In this document: in pieces, positions 1 to 9,082 of the stretch
How positions within the stretch are numbered: position 1 is the stretch's first letter
How the letters are laid out: each line of letters starts with the position of its first letter
Source: a virus
Strand: one strand, 5' to 3'
IMG/VR virus record: IMGVR_UViG_3300045988_156211
Length of the DNA: 64,000 nt
Program-made: the position numbers and the translations under genes
The notes under the pieces: generated by a model
Seen by the model: the letters and a program-made list of their open reading frames with translations, nothing else
The model's database searches: none
What the model was told of the DNA's origin: nothing

Positions 1-320
1 TTGGATTGTTTTAAGAAGAAGTAAGTGGCTAAATCCAAATAACCTCTGTCTGTAATATAGCCTTCACCCTTATCTATGTATGAACGGTATAATTTAGACC
101 TAAGATTCAAAAGCCTAACGTCATCCATATACAATTCTTTAGGATCCTTAGATAGCATATCCAAATGACTTACATCTTTTGTATCCGGTATTAGATCAGA
201 CATAGAACTAGATATGAAATGAAGCTCGTCCTCCATACCAATATAACCTGGTAAATCTTTAGATAAAGTGGTTTTACCAATACCACTTGGGCCTGATATT
301 TGTATATATCTTTTACACAT
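1..320 (-). CDS. P-loop nucleotide/deoxynucleotide kinase-like protein (N-terminal part; C-terminus lies beyond window start)
   Basis: Absent from the ORF track because the window edge truncates it. ATG is the complement of cat at 318-320. Own translation is MCKRYIQISGPSGIGKTTLSKDLPGYIGMEDELHF..., with Walker A GPSGIGKT. It starts 3 nt after the stop of the upstream gene (323). Confidence 0.55.
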   Translation of the reverse strand, partial: MCKRYIQISGPSGIGKTTLSKDLPGYIGMEDELHFISSSMSDLIPDTKDVSHLDMLSKDPKELYMDDVRLLNLRSKLYRSYIDKGEGYITDRGYLDLATYFFLKQS

Positions 321-322
321 AG

Positions 323-1216
323 TTATTTATTATATAAAGTTATAAATGGTTTTATAAAGTCTATAGTAAGAAAAGACATGAGTGAGTATGAGATACATAG
401 CTTTTTAAACTTGTCCTTATTTATGGACTTATTTACATATACCATGGGCATTTCAGATAATGGGTATGTATCTATAAAATACCTAAGATCTATAAGCTTC
501 TTATTTATTTCGGATATATCTTCTATGTTTTCTTTACATCCTTGTTTTAAAGCTTCATTAATACTACCATACTTATCTAAGAATTTACGGGTTTTTACAG
601 GACCCATACCTTTTACACCGGGTATATCATCTGAACTATCTCCAACTAAAGATAAGTAATCTACGGTTTCTTCTGGAGAATATCCAAACTCTTTCATACA
701 GGTTTTATCATAGATAATCTTCTCTTTCCTGGGATTGAATATCTTAAGGTTTTTACCTAATAACTGGTTGAAGTCTTTATCGGAGGATATAAGGGTTATC
801 TTATTATTATCCTTATTATATACCTTTAATACTAAAAAAGCCAGTAAATCATCTCCTTCATAATTTGTAGCCTTATGTTCATCATATACATAAGGTACTC
901 TCAATAACTTAAGTATCTTAAGTATCACTTTCTTTTGAGATTGTAGTGATTCATAATCTATAGAGATATTTTTACGATGACCTTTGTAATTTGGCAATAA
1001 ACAAGTCCTATATGGTGAATGGCCATTATCAAACGATATAGTTACTTCATCAGGATCAAACCTTCTAAGGTACATATTTAAGGATTTAAAAAATCCAAAT
1101 ATAGCTCCTGAAGGTTTACCGTCACTAGACCTTAGATTAGCAAACTTATGAAATGATTGATGGAGTATGTTTTCTCCATCAATCAATAGTACCTTTTTAT
1201 TCTTATGATTTTTCAT
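323..1216 (-). CDS. 5'-3' exonuclease / flap endonuclease (FEN, RNase H-like)
   Basis: N-terminal LLIDGENILHQSF and C-terminal LVGDSSDDIPGVKGMGPVKTRKFL match the PIN plus helix-3-turn-helix pattern (GDxSDNIPGVxGIGxKTA) of Pol I-type 5' nucleases. Confidence 0.85.
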   Translation of the reverse strand: MKNHKNKKVLLIDGENILHQSFHKFANLRSSDGKPSGAIFGFFKSLNMYLRRFDPDEVTISFDNGHSPYRTCLLPNYKGHRKNISIDYESLQSQKKVILKILKLLRVPYVYDEHKATNYEGDDLLAFLVLKVYNKDNNKITLISSDKDFNQLLGKNLKIFNPRKEKIIYDKTCMKEFGYSPEETVDYLSLVGDSSDDIPGVKGMGPVKTRKFLDKYGSINEALKQGCKENIEDISEINKKLIDLRYFIDTYPLSEMPMVYVNKSINKDKFKKLCISYSLMSFLTIDFIKPFITLYNK

Positions 1217-1233
1217 ATAAATAATATATTTGT

Positions 1234-2373
1234 TTATTCATCATAGTCTTCCTCTTCTTCAGGTGAGTATGATTCATATTCTACTCCATCAACAGGAAAA
1301 TAGTTAGTAGTAAGTTTTGACAAAGCTTTTTTAGTACTACCTATAGTATTAATATGAGCTTTTCTAAGTAACTTTCTTCTAAGTTCATCATCTTCCTCCA
1401 ATAGTTTTTGGAATTTCTCTTCTCCCCTAGCTAAAGTTTCTCCTTTATACTTATAAACTCCTCCGGAAGATTTTTCAATAATACCATTTTCTATGAGAAC
1501 ATCATCCAAACCAAAACATCTATCAAAACCAACTTCATGAAATTTAGGGTTAAAGTAAACTGGACATTTACTAAGTGTTGGTCTTGGTGGAGCAACCTTA
1601 TTTTTAATAAGTCGGATAGTTACTAACTTACCTGCTCTACGTTCTTTACCATTTTGTTTTACTGTTATTGACCTACCTGCATAAAAAGCTGCCCTTATTG
1701 AAGACCAGAATTTTAAGGCAGCTCCTCCAGTTGTAGTTGTATTATCTTTACCAAAACCAACATTAAGAGCAGTTCTTAACTGATTTATATAAATCTGAGT
1801 TACTCCCAATCTATAGAATAATTCACTACGAATTCTAAAATACTTGTATAAAGCCTTAGCTCTACCTCCCATTTCAGCTTTACTTCCAACCATCTTAGAA
1901 TCTATATTATCTGAACAGTCCATAGCAGCTATAGAATCTATAACCAGCAAAATTGGTTCATTATGAACTAATTGTGATCTTAGATATAAAGCTATATCTG
2001 CTACAGCATCTGATATATACTCTATTCGTGTATCATTTATAACTGTAACCTTATTGGGATCAACTCCATTAGTCTCAGCCCATGAATTCATCCAGGATTG
2101 TTCGGCATCTACCCATATTACATGACCACCTAGTTGTTGACAAGAATATGCGAAGTTATAAGCTATCAATGATTTACCAGAACTTTCTTCTCCGGCTACT
2201 TCCAAAATTTTACCAAATGGGATTCCACCACCAAAGGTATAATTTAAAGCAAAGAAAGTAGAGGGTAACCATAAACCAGATTCCTTAGTATCAGAAGCTA
2301 ATTTAACTATATCACCATACTTCTTAAGTAAATCATTCTTAGTAGGTATCTTTAAAGAACTATTTTTAGCCAT
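1234..2373 (-). CDS. RecA/UvsX-family recombinase
   Basis: GKILEVAGEESSGKSLIA is a RecA-type Walker A, LLVIDSIAAM is a Walker B, and the tail is acidic (EEEEDYDE). I prefer the start at M22 (MAKNSS, cat at 2371-2373) over the track start at 2436. Confidence 0.8.
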   Translation of the reverse strand: MAKNSSLKIPTKNDLLKKYGDIVKLASDTKESGLWLPSTFFALNYTFGGGIPFGKILEVAGEESSGKSLIAYNFAYSCQQLGGHVIWVDAEQSWMNSWAETNGVDPNKVTVINDTRIEYISDAVADIALYLRSQLVHNEPILLVIDSIAAMDCSDNIDSKMVGSKAEMGGRAKALYKYFRIRSELFYRLGVTQIYINQLRTALNVGFGKDNTTTTGGAALKFWSSIRAAFYAGRSITVKQNGKERRAGKLVTIRLIKNKVAPPRPTLSKCPVYFNPKFHEVGFDRCFGLDDVLIENGIIEKSSGGVYKYKGETLARGEEKFQKLLEEDDELRRKLLRKAHINTIGSTKKALSKLTTNYFPVDGVEYESYSPEEEEDYDE

Positions 2374-2470
2374 AAATACGATTACTTTAAAAGTTAACAA
2401 AGAGGGAGGAACAATTACTAGAACTATCCCTCCCAAACAAACGAATATATTAACTCACTGAAAAGAAGAA

Positions 2471-3259
2471 TTAGATATCAGACTTATATCTCTTAGAACT
2501 AGATTTTACCTTCTTTTTGTTCTTAGTTTTTGAAGATTTTTTAGAGGGTTTTGATGTTTCATGATCATCCCCCTCATCATCTGAACTATCATTAAGGAAC
2601 TTAGAAAGCATATCCTCCAATTCATCATAGGATTTTATCTGGTTCCTTACTATGCCTTCAAGATCAATGTTACCTCTGAACTTCTTATCAAGTTTTGAAG
2701 ATTTACATGCTCTTACTGAATAAGTAGTATCTAACTTACCAGAACCAGATCGGCTAATTTTAATGTCATAACCATTTAGTGGATCGGTCATATCTCCATA
2801 ATCATCCTCATCCAGATATAGGTCGATAATATCCTGATATACCGAAGATGATATAAGTACTCCCTTATCGTTTCCTTCATAATCTGGTTTTGTACCTTTC
2901 TCATCTTCATAAATAATACCACCTATTACGTATTTTCTCCTGGGTATGAGCTTTTTAGCTAAAGCCTTATCATCTTCATCCTTTGAGTTTTTCAATTCCT
3001 GATATTTATCCATAAATGGGCATGGATCACCAAAAGTAGCCGGAGATATTATACCACCAATTTCTGGATTAGGGTAGAATTGAATAATCTCTATACCCAG
3101 TTCTTTGTCATCTCCTGGAGATTTCATCCTTATTCGAGTTATACCCTCTTTAGGAAATACCAATCCACCGCCTCCGTTAGATCTAGAAGCCAACTGCTTC
3201 TTTCTAGCTAGCATCTTCTCTTTAGTAGAAGATCCATTTTCTGAAAGTTTCTTTACCAT
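2471..3259 (-). CDS. putative ssDNA-binding protein
   Basis: It sits between the recombinase and the polymerase. The core is beta-rich with GYDIKISRSGSGKLDTTYSV. The C-terminus has an acidic stretch DSSDDEGDD followed by a basic tail. No clear family motif, so the call rests on context and composition. Confidence 0.4.
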   Translation of the reverse strand: MVKKLSENGSSTKEKMLARKKQLASRSNGGGGLVFPKEGITRIRMKSPGDDKELGIEIIQFYPNPEIGGIISPATFGDPCPFMDKYQELKNSKDEDDKALAKKLIPRRKYVIGGIIYEDEKGTKPDYEGNDKGVLISSSVYQDIIDLYLDEDDYGDMTDPLNGYDIKISRSGSGKLDTTYSVRACKSSKLDKKFRGNIDLEGIVRNQIKSYDELEDMLSKFLNDSSDDEGDDHETSKPSKKSSKTKNKKKVKSSSKRYKSDI

Positions 3260-3267
3260 AATATTAC

Positions 3268-3657
3268 TTATTTGTTGTTCTCAATATAAGCTATCTCATT
3301 CAATGATAAAATAGTTAAATTATTATCACTTAGCAGATGTTTAAGATCATCCGGGAATATTTCCAACGGCAATGATAGTTCCTTACCAGCATACAAACCA
3401 TAAGTAATTATACTTCCTACTTTTAAGGTTTTTTTCAAAAAAGCCTCATCTTCGGTTATACTACTAATCTGGATGATTACTCCCTTTTTTGGTTTACTAT
3501 TATCGGCATTACCCGGGATAATAATACTACCACTCTTACTTTCTCCTGTAGGAGAAAGTATCAACACCTTATTTTCACTTGGTACTCCATGACTGGATAA
3601 GATCTCATTGAAACGTAATGCTTGTTCAACGCTAATGTAATTTAAATTTATGTTCAT
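3268..3657 (-). CDS. GroES/Cpn10-like co-chaperonin
   Basis: Pattern VLILSPTGESKSGSIIIPGNA...KKGVIIQ...LKVGSIITYG...LTILSLNEIAYIE parallels GroES (mobile loop, GxVxAVG, VGDxV, ILAIxE). Size is 129 aa. Confidence 0.55.
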   Translation of the reverse strand: MNINLNYISVEQALRFNEILSSHGVPSENKVLILSPTGESKSGSIIIPGNADNSKPKKGVIIQISSITEDEAFLKKTLKVGSIITYGLYAGKELSLPLEIFPDDLKHLLSDNNLTILSLNEIAYIENNK

Positions 3658-3687
3658 AACACTTTATATTTAAGTAATTATTTATAG

Positions 3688-4140
3688 TTAAAAGTTCATC
3701 TTCCTTAGATTGGCATTCAAAGTTCTCAAAACCTCTATACGATTCTCATAAGCTCTACATAAAGATATAAACTTACTAGCTTTCTCACAAGCCTGTATGT
3801 ATCTTTCGCAAAGTGATAAGTATTTAGAGTTAGTTTTGGATTTATTATCTACATAATCATTATTCCATCTAGCATTGGCTTCTTTATAGAATATCCAAGC
3901 ATTAGAATAAGCTTTATCCCTTTCAATAGCTAGAGTATCTCTTTTCTTTATAAGATAATCTCTTACAGTACTCAATATAAACAAGTTAAATGAGGAATCT
4001 CTTAACTGAGTTTCTATATTATTCTTATCTATATGAAATTCTTTAGAGACATCTATATAATAGGTTTTACCCTCTACTTTTACTTTTACGGGTTTTATAC
4101 CTATATCCTTTATATTATGGGTTACTACAGATTTTTTCAT
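3688..4140 (-). CDS. hypothetical protein
   Basis: 150-aa ORF translationally coupled to the polymerase gene (4-nt overlap). No recognisable motif. Confidence 0.6.
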   Translation of the reverse strand: MKKSVVTHNIKDIGIKPVKVKVEGKTYYIDVSKEFHIDKNNIETQLRDSSFNLFILSTVRDYLIKKRDTLAIERDKAYSNAWIFYKEANARWNNDYVDNKSKTNSKYLSLCERYIQACEKASKFISLCRAYENRIEVLRTLNANLRKMNF

Positions 4141-6437
4141 AGATCCTTATCATGTTTATGGTATATTGATTCATACTTGTCCATAAGTTTTGGAAATTTA
4201 TCTGGATATTCCTTAATACTTATAGATTTATACTTCTTATGCTCTTGAAGGTATTCCTCTACTGAGAAATCTGGTTGAAGCATTTTGTTATAATCATATC
4301 CCGGGATAAATGGTAATTCTTCAGCCATAGTCCTACCAACTGAATAATCCATATCCATTTCAACATCATCAATCTGAAAACCGAAGTATGGCTCTGTTAA
4401 AGGGTTTTTAAATATTTGCCACATCTTATTTACAGTCCATACATTTATATCTTTAGGATCAGCATTATAATATACAGCATCATGAACTGTAGCAACTTCT
4501 TTCATATAGGGTAGTTTTCCTTGTCTCATATCCCAATATATAAGGATACTACCAAATAAGGTCATATCAGATGCTGGAGATTGACATGGGAAGTTTAGTC
4601 CCAATCTTACTGCATAAGCTTCCTCATCACTATTTTCAGAATATATTTGAGGTAATCTACGTCTTCTACCAAATAAAGACATAAGATATCCATGCTTCCT
4701 TAAGTATATTTCCTGTTTCTCTTTAAACTCTCTTAATTTTGGATGTTCATTAAAGTATTCATCCATTTCTTTTTGAGCTTCTTGTTTAGAAACTATAATA
4801 CCAGCTTTTGGATCTGACAACTTAACTGCTAATAGATTTGCTCCGATACCATATATCAATCCAAAAGCAGTTTGCTTAGCATTCTTTCTGCGTATTTTCC
4901 AAAGAGTATGTTCAGGATGTTGTTCATCATCATATATTGCAAAAGCTTCATCATATGGTACTTTATATTTTTTAGCAGCAATAGCTAAGTGTGGATCTTG
5001 TCCTTCTGCAAATGCTCTTAGATAAGTTTCATCTCCAGATAGATGAGCCATCATTCTTAATTCTGCCTGAGAGAAATCGGATTCGAAGTATAATTTACCT
5101 GGTTCGGCTACTAATTGCTTCTTTATATTTGGGTCTACCGTAGTTTTAGGTATTTGCTGCATATTAGGTTCAGCAGATGATAATCTACCAGATGTAGTAC
5201 CATGAATAAGATATCGGCCATGTAATCTGTGATCATCCTGATATTTTTCACTCCATCCCAAGATATAGGTTTTATACATTTTTTCCAAACCTCTTAATTC
5301 AAGTAGGTTATCCAGGAATATTGCTTTGGGTGAATCAGGGTTTTTTATCTTTAACCTTAAGTTTGATAGAGTTTCCTCATCCGTACTGGGTTTACCTTTA
5401 TCCGTATATTTCAAAACTGGGAATTTAAATCCTTCATCACTATACATAAGTTGAGGTAAATCATTATTACTGTTTAGATTTACTCCTCTTGTCAGATCTA
5501 ATTCCTTTTTAGAATTATATATCCCAGCTTTAATATTGGATATTTTAGTCAATCTATTAGCTATTTTCTTTTCATTAGAACTGCCATCTGATTCTTCTAG
5601 TTCTTCAATTTCTTTTTGGATAGATTCTATATAGTTACTTACTTTAGTATCTACTAGATATTTACTAAATCTTTTAACCTTTGGCAAATTATAAATATTC
5701 TCATAGGCTTTCTCTATTTTAGGTTGATAATCCTGTAAGAGTTTTTTATTAAATTCAGTATCTATATACAAACCATTCCTTTCAACACATTGAATAACCC
5801 TTGAAGCAGGCATTATAAGATTCCTGAATAAATTGTAAAATCCCAGTTTAATCAGCTTATTCTCTAAGAATATACATAACCTAAAAGTATAATCACTATC
5901 CTGACATCCATATTTACATAGGGGTTCTAATTCCTTTTTATCCCAGGGTATCTTATCGAAATTATCCTGTTTCTCATAATCCCCATATTCAGGTAAATAT
6001 CTCCTAACCATACTTTTAAGATCGTTAGGCTTCTCTTCATTAAGAACATATTTAGCAAGCATACCATCTATAACAGTACCTCTATACCAAATATTATATC
6101 TATCGAATATCTGAAAGTCAAATTTTAAGTTCCAACCCAATTTAACTACTCTGGGATTTTCTATAATATGCTTACCAAAAATTAGCAAAGCTTTTCTCCA
6201 ATTATATCCTTTATCAGTGTACTGTTTTGTCTGAAAATGATCTAAAGGGATAGAACAACCCATACCTGGTTGAAAACATACCGATAGTATAGTTGGTTTA
6301 AAGGTATCATTATATATGGGTTCACTGTTAGTTTCAAAGTCTACAGATGAATATCCAGTAGACTTACAAGCTCTAATTAATTTGTAAAGCTCTTTATAGT
6401 TTCTTATTATGTGATATTTAGTTTCCATATATAACAA
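4137..6437 (-). CDS. family A DNA polymerase with 3'-5' exonuclease domain
   Basis: Exo I is VDFETNS. Pol motifs are TSGRLSSAEPNMQQIP, DFSQAELRMMAHLSGD (motif A), RRKNAKQTAFGLIYGIG (motif B) and VHDAV (motif C). Confidence 0.95.
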   Translation of the reverse strand: MLYMETKYHIIRNYKELYKLIRACKSTGYSSVDFETNSEPIYNDTFKPTILSVCFQPGMGCSIPLDHFQTKQYTDKGYNWRKALLIFGKHIIENPRVVKLGWNLKFDFQIFDRYNIWYRGTVIDGMLAKYVLNEEKPNDLKSMVRRYLPEYGDYEKQDNFDKIPWDKKELEPLCKYGCQDSDYTFRLCIFLENKLIKLGFYNLFRNLIMPASRVIQCVERNGLYIDTEFNKKLLQDYQPKIEKAYENIYNLPKVKRFSKYLVDTKVSNYIESIQKEIEELEESDGSSNEKKIANRLTKISNIKAGIYNSKKELDLTRGVNLNSNNDLPQLMYSDEGFKFPVLKYTDKGKPSTDEETLSNLRLKIKNPDSPKAIFLDNLLELRGLEKMYKTYILGWSEKYQDDHRLHGRYLIHGTTSGRLSSAEPNMQQIPKTTVDPNIKKQLVAEPGKLYFESDFSQAELRMMAHLSGDETYLRAFAEGQDPHLAIAAKKYKVPYDEAFAIYDDEQHPEHTLWKIRRKNAKQTAFGLIYGIGANLLAVKLSDPKAGIIVSKQEAQKEMDEYFNEHPKLREFKEKQEIYLRKHGYLMSLFGRRRRLPQIYSENSDEEAYAVRLGLNFPCQSPASDMTLFGSILIYWDMRQGKLPYMKEVATVHDAVYYNADPKDINVWTVNKMWQIFKNPLTEPYFGFQIDDVEMDMDYSVGRTMAEELPFIPGYDYNKMLQPDFSVEEYLQEHKKYKSISIKEYPDKFPKLMDKYESIYHKHDKDL

Positions 6438-6443
6438 GATTTA

Positions 6444-6465
6444 AGGGTGAGAATATTCTCACCCT
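6444..6465 (-). terminator. perfect 22-bp palindrome / stem-loop between the ThyA-like and polymerase genes
   Basis: AGGGTGAGAATATTCTCACCCT. On the minus strand it is followed by moderately T-rich TAAATCTTGTTAT, so it may act as an attenuator or a protein-binding site. Confidence 0.45.
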
Positions 6466-6471
6466 ATATAT

Positions 6472-7248
6472 TTAATATTTATCTACTAATTCTGACAGAT
6501 CTCTACTGAGCTCATTCCAGTCTTTTTTGTAAGCATGTAGAGAATCTATATTATGGTATAAGTAACCAGGTGTAATACCTATTTCCTTAGCCACATAATT
6601 CTTTAATCTCCAAGCCAAGTATACATCGTTACCGAAGTGTTGGATATAATCTGAAGACCTTTGATTATAGATCATATGAAGTACCTTTCCTCCGCCTATG
6701 TTCTCTCTTACTAAGAAGTGATAATACATTGAACAGGGTATTCTTCTAGAACCGTCAATATAATCCTTATCTATAGTTGTATCCCATACACTTAATATTG
6801 CTTTACGAGTATCTGGATCATCCTTAAGTAATTGTATCACATTGTCAATGTAATTATTCCAACCACCCTTATAAGAGGCTAAATCATTAAACCTCTCATT
6901 ATAGGTATAATCAAATACTCCGTGATCATTACCTCTATCTACCAAGAATTGTTCCCAAAGATCTCTTCTTTCTTTCCAAGCTTCTCCTGGGTTTATAAAG
7001 TTTCTATTTATTCTCTCATTAAATTCGGCTTTAGCCCAATCATATGAATGAGAGAATGTGAACAACCAAACTGGATCACCCATATCTACCAAACAATAAG
7101 ACTGAGCTATTATCTCCTTGGTTATATAATCCTCATTACCCTCAATGTCTTTATTCTGGTAATGTTTAGGTTTTACAGTAATACCGTAACTCCTTAATTC
7201 TCGGCCCATTTCGGACATGAGCTCGAATGAATCTCCAAATATTCTCAT
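6472..7248 (-). CDS. divergent thymidylate synthase (ThyA)-fold pyrimidine nucleotide C5-transferase (synthase, hydroxymethylase or methylase)
   Basis: IDNVIQLLKDDPDTRKAILSVWD, the catalytic-Cys motif IPCSMYYHFLV, YNQRSSDYIQHFGNDVYLAW and IDSLHAY align with ThyA motifs (DPxSRR, PCH, QRSxD..PFN, GDxHxY). The N-terminal third is atypical. Confidence 0.75.
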   Translation of the reverse strand: MRIFGDSFELMSEMGRELRSYGITVKPKHYQNKDIEGNEDYITKEIIAQSYCLVDMGDPVWLFTFSHSYDWAKAEFNERINRNFINPGEAWKERRDLWEQFLVDRGNDHGVFDYTYNERFNDLASYKGGWNNYIDNVIQLLKDDPDTRKAILSVWDTTIDKDYIDGSRRIPCSMYYHFLVRENIGGGKVLHMIYNQRSSDYIQHFGNDVYLAWRLKNYVAKEIGITPGYLYHNIDSLHAYKKDWNELSRDLSELVDKY

Positions 7249-7288
7249 AGTTTTATTGATTTTTTATTGTTTATAAATAGCAAATCAC

Positions 7289-8227
7289 CTATTCTTTACT
7301 GTTAGAGTTATTCTTAGCTTCTCTTTTCAGCTTAGCCAGATATTTTTTCTTATAGGCTTTTCTCTGTGAGAAGCTTATAATATTCTCGGGATAATCAATA
7401 TCGTCTTCCTCTATTACTAAATCCTTAGCATACAAAGGTTTGTAAGTATATAGGTCCGGTCTAAGTACTTTAAAACTTCTAAAGTATACCTTGAATGAAG
7501 AGAAGTCCTTTTCATCTCCCTTCTTAAACTTATCAAATACTGACTTAACTTTAGTTACCCAGGGATTATCTATACCCTTTAATACCTTCTTAAGTGATTT
7601 ATGAGTATGGTACATTATAAGAGTTTCGGTATTACCATACATCTGAGTAGCAAATACATTTAGCTGTACGGACTGATTAGGCCCATAAATATATTCTGCC
7701 ATTCTCTGAACCAATAAGAAATCAAATATAAGCCTCTTAGTAATTTCTGAAGCTCTTAATACCATAGTTATTACCGGTATATCTTCCTGAAATCTTTTAG
7801 AGAATGTAGCCGATATTAGGCATTGCTTACCATTATCATGCTTATTATTGAAGATGTAACTTACATTATAATTCTGATTATACTTTACTTTTAAGAATCT
7901 TAACTTACTTCTAAGTAAATCTAGCTTGTTAAAATCAATATAATTATTCAGCAAGCTTGACCATTTAGAACTTGTATAGTTAAAACATCTACCATAATCA
8001 AATTCGGGATCAACCCAGGCTTTCCTTATTCGGATAAATACGTTATATACTACGGCTAATCCACTGTTTGCTATAGCTCCTTTACTAAATAATGATGGGT
8101 TTAACTGTAAGAAGTACTCATTGAGTTTTTCCCATGCCTCTTGAGAGGTAGAGAACTCCAGAGTATGTATATTCTCTGAACAATCCATGTTCTCTAACCC
8201 CTCTAATTGTTTATTCCATCCAGACAT
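7289..8227 (-). CDS. hypothetical protein, possibly a second very divergent ThyA-fold paralogue
   Basis: GKQCLISATF ... VLRASEITKRLIFDFLLVQRMAEYIYG ... VFATQMYG loosely mirrors the Cys, QRSxD and terminal-Tyr motif order of ThyA. This is weak by-eye similarity only. Confidence 0.3.
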   Translation of the reverse strand: MSGWNKQLEGLENMDCSENIHTLEFSTSQEAWEKLNEYFLQLNPSLFSKGAIANSGLAVVYNVFIRIRKAWVDPEFDYGRCFNYTSSKWSSLLNNYIDFNKLDLLRSKLRFLKVKYNQNYNVSYIFNNKHDNGKQCLISATFSKRFQEDIPVITMVLRASEITKRLIFDFLLVQRMAEYIYGPNQSVQLNVFATQMYGNTETLIMYHTHKSLKKVLKGIDNPWVTKVKSVFDKFKKGDEKDFSSFKVYFRSFKVLRPDLYTYKPLYAKDLVIEEDDIDYPENIISFSQRKAYKKKYLAKLKREAKNNSNSKE

Positions 8228-8228
8228 A

Positions 8229-9077
8229 TTAATAATTCGTTTTTAATCTCCAAATGTTTAACTTATACTTCTTAAAGTAAAGATTGGTTATACTATAAGG
8301 ATCAAATCCATACATCTTAAGAAAACCCATAAATAGATAGAAAGCCTCTACGATATAACTCTGAACCTCGTTTTCTTTGGTTAATACCTGAGTTTTCTTC
8401 CATGGTCTACACTTAAGATCATTTCTAGCCATATTAAGGCAATATGTTATACTAAATATGGCTAATTTCTCCGTTCGGTGATAACCATAATTCATACGAC
8501 TAAATCCCGGGATATATTCACTATCGGAAGATGTTTGGTAATCTACTATATCATATGGAGCCGTAGTTACAGCATAATCATCCATCTTACTTATAAGTAA
8601 ATCACGTCCAACAGCCATTACCTGGTTTAAGTTAGTACATACCTTAGTTACATGCTTACCTGACCATCTTAGTAAATCATCACTACCAATGTTCAAATAA
8701 AGAAGGATAGTCATCATGAATCCCAAAGCATCAGCCTGTTCTTCACAAGCATTTTGCAATGTATCCTTTATATACTGGGTGCTTTCATCATCCAACCTAT
8801 CCATGTTCCATCCGATAGAATCATTGTTCAATAACTGATATACAATATCGGTAGATTCAAATCCCTCATTTAGTTCCTCTATAACCCTACTTATAAAATC
8901 CTTTATAACCTCCTGATTACGAGGTATATTGATATTCATTGGGTAATCAGGTAATTGTTCTATACCACTATCTTTATAAGCTTTAAGTTGTTCTTTAGCT
9001 ATATCGAATATAGTTTCTAAAAAATTTAGATTATAAGGATCTATCGGTAATTTTTCTTTAATATTGCGTATATCCAT
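8229..9077 (-). CDS. all-alpha NTP pyrophosphohydrolase-like protein (MazG / dimeric dUTPase / dCTPase-like)
   Basis: Acidic helix motifs RVIEELNEGFES and ACEEQADALGFMMTILLYL, then CRPWKK, resemble the EExxE...ExxD metal-binding helices of all-alpha NTP-PPases. Neighbours are nucleotide-metabolism genes. Confidence 0.45.
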   Translation of the reverse strand: MDIRNIKEKLPIDPYNLNFLETIFDIAKEQLKAYKDSGIEQLPDYPMNINIPRNQEVIKDFISRVIEELNEGFESTDIVYQLLNNDSIGWNMDRLDDESTQYIKDTLQNACEEQADALGFMMTILLYLNIGSDDLLRWSGKHVTKVCTNLNQVMAVGRDLLISKMDDYAVTTAPYDIVDYQTSSDSEYIPGFSRMNYGYHRTEKLAIFSITYCLNMARNDLKCRPWKKTQVLTKENEVQSYIVEAFYLFMGFLKMYGFDPYSITNLYFKKYKLNIWRLKTNY

Positions 9078-9082
9078 AGCGA

